A stretch of DNA of 64,000 nucleotides from Myxococcota bacterium (GTDB lineage Bacteria > Myxococcota_A > UBA9160 > UBA6930), in NCBI GenBank assembly GCA_965223415.1, contig OZ245002.1, forward strand, positions 4,672,001 to 4,736,000. Reading direction: 5' to 3'. Both the position numbers and the translations under genes were made by a program. Of the stretch, positions 1 to 8,961 are shown piece by piece (within the stretch, counting starts at the first letter, position 1; each line of letters opens with the position of its first letter). The notes under the pieces were generated by a model that was not told the origin of the DNA, did no database searches, and saw only the letters and a list, made by a program, of their open reading frames with translations.

Positions 1-949
1 TGTAGGGATGCCAGAGCCAGGAGACGTCCTCGGGCTCCACGTCCGCGACGGTCACGAGGTGGGGAGTGCCTCGCCGATCAAGGAGCTGTTCGGGCGGCGC
101 GTGCTCCGGAGGCGGCTGCTCCTCGGTCGCTGCGCATTGGCCGTTGGCCCAAGGTATGCCCAGCCACTCCGCAGCTTTCCTGACTACAGGCTCCGCAATG
201 ATCGTCGCGAGGTGGGGAGCGCCCCGCACCGGGCTACCCCTGCGCAGCTTCTCCTGCGTAGACTCGCAGTTCCGCGCGCGCGCGCTCGCTTCCTCGTCGC
301 CTGCCGCTTCGGCCACCGCGCCAACGAAGGAGTTGACGTCGGGCTGCTCCCATCCGGCCCGCAGGAGCATCCCGGAAAGCGCGAGTGTCGCATCGTGACG
401 GCCACCAGGGTCGGGATGGTGTTTGGCCAGAAGAGAGGCGGCGGCCAGACGAGCCGCGGCCGCCTCTAGGGCGTCGGCTGGCACCTCGGCCGGGAGGTTG
501 TTCTTGGATTGCCACTCGTAGCGCTCTCCCGAAGGGTGGCAGGAAGGCGGGACGACAGTCTGGGCACCGCCTGCGCGCAGCTCGACCAGACAGGCCCCAT
601 CAGAGGGGTCGCGAAAGCGCCTCGTCTTCCCATCCATCGACCGAAAGAAATGGTGGGATGCAGGAGCGCCGCGCCGACCAGCGACCCATTCAGTCGCAGG
701 CAAGAAGCGACGGGCGAGCGCACGAGCGCACGGGGCATCCAGGTCGATGTCGACCAGGTCGCCACTCCGGGGACCCAGGAGCACACCGAGGTTGGCAGCC
801 CCGTCCCGTAGATCCCTGCGCAACGCATCGTCGGTAGGGTCGTAGTTCGGCCAGTCTGATGGAATCGGGCGCTTGCCGCGGGCAACTACTGGAATCGGCA
901 GCATCCCAGCATTCCTCAGCCGCAAGGCCTCCACGAGCAGCTCACCCAT
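1..949 (-). CDS. Bifunctional DNA primase/polymerase (Prim-Pol) fused to AAA_25/RepA-like helicase, truncated by window edge
   Basis: Manual translation from ATG 949: MGELLVEALRLRNAGMLPIPVVARGKRPIPSDW...NLGVLLGPRSGDLVDIDLD...ELRAGGAQTVVPPSCHPSGERYEW...ADVEPEDVSWLWHPY; no stop before position 1. Confidence 0.85.
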   Translation of the reverse strand, partial: MGELLVEALRLRNAGMLPIPVVARGKRPIPSDWPNYDPTDDALRRDLRDGAANLGVLLGPRSGDLVDIDLDAPCARALARRFLPATEWVAGRRGAPASHHFFRSMDGKTRRFRDPSDGACLVELRAGGAQTVVPPSCHPSGERYEWQSKNNLPAEVPADALEAAAARLAAASLLAKHHPDPGGRHDATLALSGMLLRAGWEQPDVNSFVGAVAEAAGDEEASARARNCESTQEKLRRGSPVRGAPHLATIIAEPVVRKAAEWLGIPWANGQCAATEEQPPPEHAPPEQLLDRRGTPHLVTVADVEPEDVSWLWHPY

Positions 950-1424
950 CGCCGTTCTCCGGCGGAATCCGATTCCCGGCCAACGACCGCTCGATATCGT
1001 CCGCTACGCGGCGAAGGACCGAAGCCCGTGGTTCGGCCGGATCGCCGTCCGCGACGGCATCGAGGACGGTGGCTGCTAGTTGGAGGGGGTCAGGAAGCGG
1101 TGAGGGACCGTCAATGATTTCGAACGGCGTGATGCCCTTGACCGGGCGCCAAGGCTCGATCGGAATTCGCACCGTCTCCTCGCCGAGGCCGACGACGTCC
1201 ACCTCAATTCGATGGGGGTGGGGTGCTCTCCCGCGAGGCGGACGGGTCGTGGCGTCGTCGATACGATAGCTCCGGAGCCGGAGGTCAGAGCGGTCGAGCT
1301 GAAAGGCCTTGCGCACGATTCGAAGGAGGCGGGCTGCGAAGGTGGCAACACCCTGGTTGGCGGGAATGTGCCGCCGGGCGATGTTGGAGGAGGCCGTGCG
1401 CCTTGTTATTCTGTCGTTGGACAT
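942..1424 (-). CDS. Hypothetical protein (island)
   Basis: ATG 1424 preceded by GAGGA; stop overlaps Prim-Pol start (ATGGGTGA). Confidence 0.55.
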   Translation of the reverse strand: MSNDRITRRTASSNIARRHIPANQGVATFAARLLRIVRKAFQLDRSDLRLRSYRIDDATTRPPRGRAPHPHRIEVDVVGLGEETVRIPIEPWRPVKGITPFEIIDGPSPLPDPLQLAATVLDAVADGDPAEPRASVLRRVADDIERSLAGNRIPPENGDG

Positions 1425-1498
1425 TCGTTCCTCGTGAGGGCGTCGCTGCATGTGGTGAAGTGCGACCGCGGCGCCCTCCGTGTGTGCGGTGGGGGTTG

Positions 1499-1714
1499 CT
1501 AGGAATCCTCGCTGGGCGCGCAGCCCACAATCGGAGTCAACGGGGGGCGCCGGCTCGCACTAGGCCTGCCCGGAGCGCTGCCCCGCCTGCCGCTTTCGAT
1601 CTGCTCTGCGAGGTGGCGTCGCACTTCGGCGAGCAGGCCCGGGTCTCGGGTGCGCCCGAGCACCTGCACGGCGCCGCCGGGCTCAGCCCAGCGCAGAAGG
1701 GTGAGTTCGTCCAT
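1499..1714 (-). CDS. Small hypothetical protein (island)
   Basis: Strong AGGAGG RBS upstream; co-oriented with replication genes. Confidence 0.55.
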   Translation of the reverse strand: MDELTLLRWAEPGGAVQVLGRTRDPGLLAEVRRHLAEQIESGRRGSAPGRPSASRRPPLTPIVGCAPSEDS

Positions 1715-1723
1715 GGGATCGTC

Positions 1724-1767
1724 CTCCTAGGTGAAGCGAGTGGTCAGTTCGTCGCTTCACCTAGGAG
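1724..1767. promoter_or_regulatory. 16-bp perfect inverted repeat covering the RBS of the 1499-1714 ORF
   Basis: CTCCTAGGTGAAGCGA (1724-1739) / TCGCTTCACCTAGGAG (1752-1767), 12-nt loop. Confidence 0.6.
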
Positions 1768-1846
1768 AACGGCAGCGCACCCAGGTCTTGGGACACGAGG
1801 GCGCGCTTTTTCTGAGGAGGGCTTCCCTGGGGGGCAGGCTTGGGGG

Positions 1847-2884
1847 CTAGCCGAGGGAGGCGCGACGGCGGAGCGAGTCCCGCCACGGCTCCACGCGCCG
1901 CCGGATCTTCCTCTCCAGCGACCGGTCGCCGGCCGTGGCCTCAGCCCAGGTGGCGCCCTGCGTTCGAGCCTGGAGCACCGCCAACTCGCGTCCGCGCAGG
2001 TCAGCAAGCGCCGCCACCTCGGCCACGAGCGCGTTCATGCTCGCCTCGTCCTGGGCGGCGTCTGCGATCAGGCCCAGCTCGCTGGCGTTCGCCTCGTCGG
2101 AGATGGAGAGGAAGGTCAGGGGCGGCTCGGCGGGCTCGGTCGCCTCGTCCCCCTCGGCGGGCTCGCCCTGCTCCTCCGCTGCGCGCCTACCGACGAGTGC
2201 GCGGTAGTCGTCGATCGCCTTCCGCACGGCTGCCTTCTCGACGTATTCGCGGGCCTCCGGCTGGTCCATCCCCGAGAAGATGTCGGAGCGTTCCTTCGAA
2301 GAGACACTCCACATCCCACGCAGCAAGGCGTCCCGGCCGTCGAGGTCGCCGTTCCTCGGGAACTGGAGGCGCCCGGCGATCCTGCTCGGCGTCGCTCCCA
2401 GCCCCGAGGCCGCGAAGTCGAGGGTGGCGCTCCCGGTCGGGTCCCCCTGGCAGAGCATCGTCGCGAGCTGGATCAGGTGGCTCTTGGAGATTCGCCAGTA
2501 CAGGGCGGCATCGAGCTGCATGCGGAACAGCTCGAAGGCCGCCTCCGCCGAATCCACAAGGGCTCGCCCCGTGGCCGGGTCAACGGACTTGACCAGACGC
2601 AGGAAGGCCGCCTTGAGGGTCTCGAAGAGGTCGCGGAACGAGTCGACGGCCTCGTCTAGCGCGTTCCACGCACCGAAGGCGGAGCCGACCTGGGGGCCAG
2701 CGGAGCGGCCCCAGGCGAGGGCATCCCGTGCGTGGTCGTGTGCCTCGAAGACGGCGGTGTGCGCCGCCGTGAGCCTTAGGCTCTCGGACCTGCACGCTGC
2801 CAGCGCAGCGAGAAAGTCCGCGAACGCACGCTCGGGTGCCCCGTCCCGGACGTCCCTCGACTCTCGGCTTTCGAGATCATCCAT
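1847..2884 (-). CDS. Hypothetical protein with possible C-terminal sigma-region-4-like HTH
   Basis: C-terminus LRGRELAVLQARTQGATWAEAT resembles an HTH; start chosen at MDDLES. Confidence 0.55.
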   Translation of the reverse strand: MDDLESRESRDVRDGAPERAFADFLAALAACRSESLRLTAAHTAVFEAHDHARDALAWGRSAGPQVGSAFGAWNALDEAVDSFRDLFETLKAAFLRLVKSVDPATGRALVDSAEAAFELFRMQLDAALYWRISKSHLIQLATMLCQGDPTGSATLDFAASGLGATPSRIAGRLQFPRNGDLDGRDALLRGMWSVSSKERSDIFSGMDQPEAREYVEKAAVRKAIDDYRALVGRRAAEEQGEPAEGDEATEPAEPPLTFLSISDEANASELGLIADAAQDEASMNALVAEVAALADLRGRELAVLQARTQGATWAEATAGDRSLERKIRRRVEPWRDSLRRRASLG

Positions 2885-3107
2885 GCCGCCGCTCCCGCGA
2901 CGCTCCTTGGGGGCGCGGGCCAGGCGCGGGAGCAACGCGCGTTTCGGGTGCGACCGTAGGCACGCCACCCGAGACATAGCGGTTTCGGCCGCGGAAGAAA
3001 TCGAAAATGAATTCGAGAATTCCTTTGCTAGGCGAAACGGGAACCCCCGCGGGGGTCTTGCGCCTTCGCACTGCGAGGCCGGACATGAAGACCGCCGCCG
3101 CCGCTAG

Positions 3108-4377
3108 CAGGCTGCTGAAATTCGGCGCTGAGAGGCGCCAGAACGCCAGAGGGCGCGGGTCCCCGCGGCCCGCTCGGCTCGCTCTTCGATCCCGGAAGCG
3201 ATCCGGGGTACCTCGTCTCGATGCAGGTGCGTCATGTGACCTCTACGAGGTTGCGTATGCGGACCAGGTTGTAGACCGCCGCCGTGAAGACGAACATCCA
3301 CCCGACCCGATCCGTGCCCCGGTGACGCGTCTTTCGCATTCCCCCGACCGTCTTCATCCAACCGAAGCACTCCTCGATCCGCTTGCGTTTGTGCTGGCTG
3401 ATCGCGTAGCCCTCGTGACGGACCGTGCGACCGTCGATCCGGCTGGCCCGATTCGTCGTGTGCTGCGCCACGTGCGGCGTGATGTTGCGCTTCCGGCAGC
3501 CCGCCACGAACTCCTCGGTGTCGTAGCCCTTGTCCCCGCCCAGCGTGATCCGGCGCCTTCCCGCCACGTCCTCCGCCATCTCCAGCGCTGCCAGCCGCTC
3601 GGCGTAGCCATCGGCCTCCGTCAGCAGCGCCGAGACGATCAGGCCGTTGCGGTTCTCCGTCAGCAGATGGCCCATGTAGGCCAGCTGCGAGGTCTGGCCC
3701 TTCTTGCGCGCCAGCCGCGCCTCGGGATCCGTCGTCGATTCGTGCGTCGCGTTGCTCCGCCGCTCTCCCCGAAAGTTCACCGTCGGGTTGCCCGGATCGT
3801 CGTCTCCGTCGTCCCCCGAGCCGTCCTTCGCCCGGAAGCTCTTCTGGCTCGCCCACGCCTCGATCAGCGTGCCATCCACCGTGAAGTGCTCCGACGACAG
3901 AAGGCCGTGGTCCTTTCCCTGCGCCAGCACCGCCTCAAAGAACGCCTCCGCCACGTCCCCTTCCAGCAGCCGGTCCCGGTTCTTCGTGAAGACCGTCGGG
4001 ACCCAGACCGCATCCTCCATCCCCAGCCCTACGAACCAACGGAACAGCAGGTTGTACTCGAGCTGCTCCATCAGCTGGCGCTCACTCCGGATCGAGTAGA
4101 GCACCTGCAGCAACAGAGCCCGCAGCAGCCGCTCCGGTGGGATCGACGGCCGGCCCGTCGACGCGTAGAGCTCCGAGAACCGCCGAGACAGGCCCCTCAG
4201 CGCCTCGTCCACCATCGCCCGCATGGGGCGAAGCGGATGATCCTCCGGAATCCGCGTCTCCAGCGAGACGTAGCTGAACATCGAACCCTGCTCTCGGTCG
4301 CTGCCGCGCATCCTCTCTCCCCCCGACCCATCTTCTACCATCGAGAACACGGAAACGCAGGGTTTTTCAGCAGCCTG
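3108..4377 (-). mobile_element. IS5-family insertion sequence, copy A (1270 bp), flanked by CTAG duplications
   Basis: TIRs CAGGCTGCTGAAA (3108-3120) / TTTCAGCAGCCTG (4365-4377); CTAG at 3104-3107 and 4378-4381. Confidence 0.92.
3232..4311 (-). CDS. IS5-family DDE transposase
   Basis: GRPSIPPERLLRALLLQ, FTVDGTLIEAWAS, GDKGYD, RKRIEECFGW motifs. Confidence 0.93.
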   Translation of the reverse strand: MRGSDREQGSMFSYVSLETRIPEDHPLRPMRAMVDEALRGLSRRFSELYASTGRPSIPPERLLRALLLQVLYSIRSERQLMEQLEYNLLFRWFVGLGMEDAVWVPTVFTKNRDRLLEGDVAEAFFEAVLAQGKDHGLLSSEHFTVDGTLIEAWASQKSFRAKDGSGDDGDDDPGNPTVNFRGERRSNATHESTTDPEARLARKKGQTSQLAYMGHLLTENRNGLIVSALLTEADGYAERLAALEMAEDVAGRRRITLGGDKGYDTEEFVAGCRKRNITPHVAQHTTNRASRIDGRTVRHEGYAISQHKRKRIEECFGWMKTVGGMRKTRHRGTDRVGWMFVFTAAVYNLVRIRNLVEVT

Positions 4378-5001
4378 CTAGGCGGTGCGGTTGGCGGCCT
4401 TGGCGATCTTCGCCGGCGCGCGCGCCCCGTATTGGCGCGCTAGACGGGCGACCGCCTGGAGGTGAAGCCGCGTGGCCACGTGCGCGCCGTATCCCGGCCT
4501 TTCGAGGTTGCGGTAGTGCTCGGACAGCGCGTCTTCGTCGGCCTCGCGGACAGCGGTGATCAGCCCGGACACCCTCGAATCCCAGGTCTGGGTGCTCCGG
4601 TAGGAGAGCGCTAGGCAGTGGCGGCAGCCGGCTCGCCTCCGGTGGCCGTTCACGAAGAGCCGTCGGGCCCGGCGCCCGCACCCAAGGGGACACTCCCAGT
4701 GCCAGCGGCGCGAGAAGCCGACGTCCACCTGGACGAGTGCGACTCGCAGCACGAAGAGGCCACCGGCGGCGGGGACGAGGGCGAGGCTGCCTTCGCGCCG
4801 GCCGCGGCCCAAGGGGCCCTCTAGGGCGAGGACAGCCCTGCTGCCGCAATCGGGGCCCCAGAGGCACTGGACGGTGCCCCGTACGGGGCCGTTCTCGAAG
4901 GAAGACGCCGAGGTTATTGCCCGCGCGTCGATCGCCATGGCTTCTTCAACCAGCGGCTTTTTCTCGTGTCTGGCCCAGCGGGTGCTGCCGATTCCCCCCA
5001 A
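4378..5001 (-). CDS. Mobile-element hypothetical protein with CxxxC/CxxC putative zinc-binding motif
   Basis: GGIGSTRW N-terminus; RWHWECPLGCGRRARRLF...GCRHCLALSYRS; TTG start with AAAGGA RBS. Confidence 0.65.
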   Translation of the reverse strand: MGGIGSTRWARHEKKPLVEEAMAIDARAITSASSFENGPVRGTVQCLWGPDCGSRAVLALEGPLGRGRREGSLALVPAAGGLFVLRVALVQVDVGFSRRWHWECPLGCGRRARRLFVNGHRRRAGCRHCLALSYRSTQTWDSRVSGLITAVREADEDALSEHYRNLERPGYGAHVATRLHLQAVARLARQYGARAPAKIAKAANRTA

Positions 5002-5152
5002 GAGGCTGCTTCCTTTTTCCAAAATCTACACTTTGAAGGTAGGGAATTGATCGGGGTGTCGAAGGCCGCCAAGGAAGCCAACTCCAGCCGTGAGGAAACC
5101 TGGCGGCCTTCGTGCGAGGATGGATCTCCGCTAGGAGATCCGCGCACCAGGA

Positions 5153-6544
5153 GTGAAGGCAGTGATGGGCAAGTTCCCGACCTTGGTGCTCGCACTCGCA
5201 CTGGGGCCCACCGTAGTTGGGTGCGCGACGGTCCCCCGAGAAGCTGCCGACCTTCGGAAGTCCGCTCGCGAGGCGCTTGACCAGCCCCCGAGCGAGCCGA
5301 GATGCATCGTCGGCGTGGCGATGAATGCCGACCTGATCGTGATCCCGGGGCCGTCCGCCTACCAGGCCGGGATTCGCAAGGGTGATCGAATGCGGGGAAT
5401 GGAGGGGAGGCCCGCTCGAAACGCCGACGACTGGCACGCCCTTGCGCGTGCCAACTACGGCCGCGACAAGGTGACCATCACAGTAGAGCGCGACACCGAG
5501 GATCGGCGCGTGACTCTTCCTTGTCTTGACTCAGCCCAAGTGGACGAAGCGCATCGGCAAGTGTTGTTCGCCATCGCCAACGGGGAATGGCGAGAGTGTA
5601 TCTCGAAGATTCCAGAGCTGGAACGCTATCGAGGACGGGACGCCTTGACGATGCGGCTCCGCAACAATTGCAGCGACGTGCTTCGTCTGATACAGCGCCG
5701 CGCACCTACCCTGCAGGATGCCCATCTTGCCTATGAGGCCCGCCGTATACTCCTCGAAGAGGCGGTGCTAGGCGGGAATATCCCCAACGTCAAAGGCGAA
5801 GTCCTTCTCGCTATGCAATGGCTACGGTCGAGCGGGTATTCCCGTTTCGCTGAGGAGCTAGAAGCTCAGCTTGCCAAGGCAGAAGGCAATCGCCCAGAAA
5901 CCGGGCGCGAGCCGGGAGCCGCGGTTCGCCGAGTCTCTGCCGGATCCTGTTTCGCGACGAATGCCGGCCTAGTGGCGACCGCGTACCATGTGGTGGACCA
6001 GGCAAAGGAGGTTTCGGTTCACTTCTTTGGAGAGGCGCGCTCTCGTAGTGCACGAATCCGAGGATCCTCGAAGGCTACTGACGTTGCGGTCCTGGAGGTA
6101 GACGGCGGGCCCCTCCCCGGCACCTTGTCGTTGGTACCGCCCGGTGGCTCTCGTTCCGGGGTACGGATCTTCACGGTTGGCTATCCGGTGCCGGACTTGC
6201 TTGGAGAGGAACCGAAGTTCACCGAGGGTGTCATTAGTGGATTGTCCGGTCTTCGTGGAGATGCTGCGTTCATGCAGATCTCGGTTCCAGTACAACCTGG
6301 CAACTCGGGGGGGCCTGTAGTCCGTGAGGACGGCTTGGTGGTCGGAGTGGTCTCCTCGTCAGCGGCGATTCTTCCGTTCATCGAAGAAACGGGATCCCTA
6401 CCACAAGACGTCAACTGGGCCGCAAGGGCAGAATATCTCCGCCCGCTCCTTCCCGCATTCTCGTCAACGAAGGGACTGTCATCGCGCGACGAAGCGATCG
6501 AAGCGGCACGCCGGGCCGTGTGCGCAGTTGAGGCTATTCGTTGA
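5153..6544 (+). CDS. Lipoprotein with PDZ-like domain and trypsin-like serine protease
   Basis: Lipobox-like VVGC; triad motifs TAYHVV, TDVAVL, QPGNSGGP. Confidence 0.85.
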   Translation: MKAVMGKFPTLVLALALGPTVVGCATVPREAADLRKSAREALDQPPSEPRCIVGVAMNADLIVIPGPSAYQAGIRKGDRMRGMEGRPARNADDWHALARANYGRDKVTITVERDTEDRRVTLPCLDSAQVDEAHRQVLFAIANGEWRECISKIPELERYRGRDALTMRLRNNCSDVLRLIQRRAPTLQDAHLAYEARRILLEEAVLGGNIPNVKGEVLLAMQWLRSSGYSRFAEELEAQLAKAEGNRPETGREPGAAVRRVSAGSCFATNAGLVATAYHVVDQAKEVSVHFFGEARSRSARIRGSSKATDVAVLEVDGGPLPGTLSLVPPGGSRSGVRIFTVGYPVPDLLGEEPKFTEGVISGLSGLRGDAAFMQISVPVQPGNSGGPVVREDGLVVGVVSSSAAILPFIEETGSLPQDVNWAARAEYLRPLLPAFSSTKGLSSRDEAIEAARRAVCAVEAIR

Positions 6545-7481
6545 GCCCGGGCTTCGACCCTTCAGCATCCGCCCCTTGCTCGCGCGGTCGTCGCAGGCCA
6601 AGCGAGACGGCTAGCAGCGAAGGCAGGGCAACTGCGAGCGCCGCCTCAGGCAGGTGGCGAAGTGCGATTGCGGGACGCAGGTAATGCTCTCGCGGGCGGC
6701 GATAGCCTTCGAAGTTCGCGAGATTGCCGATGTTGTTGCTGAGGTTCGCATGGACGGGTTTCAGCTTTTCTGCCGCATCCTCCAGCCACTTGTTGTAGTT
6801 GCGGTAGTTGTTGGAGATCCCGCTGGCCCGGATTTCCGCATCGCTAGACTGGAATAGCATCCCAAAGAGCAGCACGTAGGCGCCTGCAAGCGAGAGCCTT
6901 CGTGCCCCTCTGCTGCGAGGCTCTCGGACCGCATTCCAGCCGAGCCAACCCGCAATCAGGCCGAGGACCATCCACACCAAGTCTTCCGCTGGAGGAGAGG
7001 ACGCCCATCGAAGCCCGCCGACACGAGACCGTTGGAGGAACATCTGCGCCTCACGCAAGACCGCACGGGCGTCTTCGGTGATTGGACTGTCGACATCGTA
7101 GGCATATCGCTCGATGTGGGTATTCAGGACGAAGTCACTTGAATGAAAGGGGCTCATCAACCAAGAAGAGACGTAGAGGTCAGCGCCTCGGCAGAGACCG
7201 GCCAGGGCGATCGCCAAGACTACTGCGACATCAATCGGATAGTCGCTCCGCGTAGTCGCGAGTTCCCGTGTTTCGAGGACGAAGCGGTAGAGCAGGTAGG
7301 ACACTACGAGCACCAACGCCCCAGGCACCATATGTGGCCGTTCGAGGGCTGGGAGGACTCCGCCGACAGCTCCGCCAACCTTCGCGGGATCAACTCCAAT
7401 CCAGTCCCAGGCAATCAAGATCGACGCCCATAGCAGCAACTGCCTCCGAGACCGATCTCGCACATCGGATCTTGCCGCCAT
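6534..7481 (-). CDS. Hypothetical multi-pass membrane protein (island cargo)
   Basis: C-terminal part of the 791-aa track ORF from MAARSDVRD; several hydrophobic helices. Confidence 0.6.
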   Translation of the reverse strand: MAARSDVRDRSRRQLLLWASILIAWDWIGVDPAKVGGAVGGVLPALERPHMVPGALVLVVSYLLYRFVLETRELATTRSDYPIDVAVVLAIALAGLCRGADLYVSSWLMSPFHSSDFVLNTHIERYAYDVDSPITEDARAVLREAQMFLQRSRVGGLRWASSPPAEDLVWMVLGLIAGWLGWNAVREPRSRGARRLSLAGAYVLLFGMLFQSSDAEIRASGISNNYRNYNKWLEDAAEKLKPVHANLSNNIGNLANFEGYRRPREHYLRPAIALRHLPEAALAVALPSLLAVSLGLRRPREQGADAEGSKPGLNE

Positions 7482-7850
7482 AGTTGCTCCGACAGGGGCA
7501 GGTAAGAAGCTAGGTGTTCTGTCTCCTATGTGCCGTACATCTGGCGAAGGCCGTGGGTTCGCGAACCGCGGGTGCACGCCTTCGTCGTGACGAGCGGTAG
7601 CGGGCGTCGGAAGCAAGTCGCTCCGGGGGAGGAGGGGAAGCGCCCATGGGCAACCCCTGACGCGGCGAACGCTCGCCGCAATCCCCAAGATCCTCCATTT
7701 TTCGAGAGGTCCGAATGTCGAAGCCGAGGGGATGCCGTGTGGTGGGGCCCCGGGGGCCGATCGTGTTTCCGCCTGCTGCCGCCCCATGACGTGCGGGAGC
7801 CACCCGGGAGCCGTCGGCTCGTCGCGGGGGAGCGTGCGCCTCGCTGCTCG

Positions 7851-7899
7851 CTGCCGAATACTGCCGAATGCCGACGCGGCTGCCGCAGTCTGCCGCGAT
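7851..7899. repeat. Two pairs of tandem 10-bp repeats (CTGCCG core), candidate integrase arm sites
   Basis: CTGCCGAATA CTGCCGAATG (7851-7870); CTGCCGCAGT CTGCCGCGAT (7880-7899). Confidence 0.55.
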
Positions 7900-7959
7900 C
7901 CGCATTGGCTCGCAGAGCTGGAGACGCAAGCTCTCGCTAGTCCTCGTCCTCTTCTTCCG

Positions 7960-8004
7960 TTCCCAAGCCGAGGGTCGCGGGTTCGAGTCCCGTCTCGCGC
8001 TCCA
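7960..8004 (+). other. att site: 3' half of tRNA-Gly(CCC), anticodon loop to CCA
   Basis: TTCCCAA GCCGAG GGTC GCGGG TTCGAGT CCCGT CTCGCGC T CCA; upstream sequence lacks the 5' acceptor, D and anticodon strands. Confidence 0.85.
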
Positions 8005-8038
8005 GGGTTCACGAGCTGGCTCGCGCTCCCGCGCCGCC

Positions 8039-8909
8039 TCAGGCTCCGGGCCGAGGCGTCACCCGCTCCGGATGCCCCGACCACTGCCACGCCATGGTCG
8101 GACGCGACAGGCCGAGCATCATTCCGCCCAACGTGTCCGGGTGGAGGAACACGGTGTTCGCCTCCCCGCGGCGCCCTTCGGCCGGCGGCTCCGGGGTGTG
8201 TCCGGCGCCGAGCGATCGCGCGCGCTCTTCGATCCGCGGGAGGCAGGAGGACTCGGCGAAGGCCATGTAGAACGCTTCCCCGAAGCGGGAGAAGAAGCGT
8301 CCCATCGTCTTCGTGAGATCGTGGGGCGTGATGACCTCGAAGCGGCCGAGCTGGTCGGGGTCGAAGAGGGTGAGCGTCCCTGCGTAGCCGTAGTGCGCGG
8401 ACTCGATGGGCACGAAGGCACTGGCGTCGAGGGCGAACATCGAGGCGCAGGCGGCGGCGGCTCGGTCCGCGTCCGCGACCAGCAGAGTCGTCTCGTAGAA
8501 GAAGTCGACGTCCCCCAACGCGCTCGAGCGCTTCGTCGGGGCTCAACACGGTGCGAAAGCCCACCTGGCCCGAGGCCGCCGGGTCGATGAAGGCCTGGCC
8601 TCTCTCTTCAAGGCATTCGATTCCCTGGGCGCGCAAGTGGGCCACGAGGGCGGCGACGTCGTCGGTCGCCGCGCCCGCGGCGTAGAGCTGGGCGCCCCGC
8701 GAGGCCACGGCGTCCTGGATGGGCCCGGCGCCGTCGGGCTCGAGCAGCTCCAGGAAGCCGTTGCCGAGGCGCAGCCGGCTTCGACGCGCGCAGAGGGCCG
8801 CAACGCGATCCTCGCCCGCCGGCTCGGCGCCGAGCATCTCGATCCACCGCTTCGCCGCCGTGCCGCGATCGGGCACCGCCATCTGCAATCGGTCGACGCG
8901 CTTCAGCAA
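8039..8909 (-). pseudogene. VOC/glyoxalase-family protein split by a frameshift at a G5 run
   Basis: N-half MLKRVDRLQMAVPD...LERVG in one frame, C-half GDVDFFYETTLLV...WQWSGHP in another; junction at CCCCC 8512-8516. Confidence 0.7.
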
Positions 8910-8961
8910 GGGGCCTCCGAGCGGATGCTACCCGCTCCGCGCTTCGGCCCCCACGCTCAGG

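Larger units (their letters stand above)
1..8004. mobile_element. Right part of a tRNA-Gly-integrated genomic island (Prim-Pol replicon, phage-satellite/IME-like); left end outside window
   Basis: Prim-Pol/helicase gene, hypothetical genes, visibly less GC-biased cargo, terminal 3' tRNA-Gly fragment at 7960-8004. Confidence 0.8.

Noticed and set aside
8..885. Short track ORFs in the first 900 bp
   Set aside because: Shadows of the Prim-Pol frame, which the track missed because its stop lies outside the window
7930..8004. Intact tRNA-Gly gene
   Set aside because: No 5' acceptor strand, D arm or 5' anticodon stem; only the 3' 45 nt are present
6534..8909. 791-aa ORF as a single protein
   Set aside because: Chimera of the frameshifted VOC N-half, non-coding att DNA and a separate membrane-protein gene
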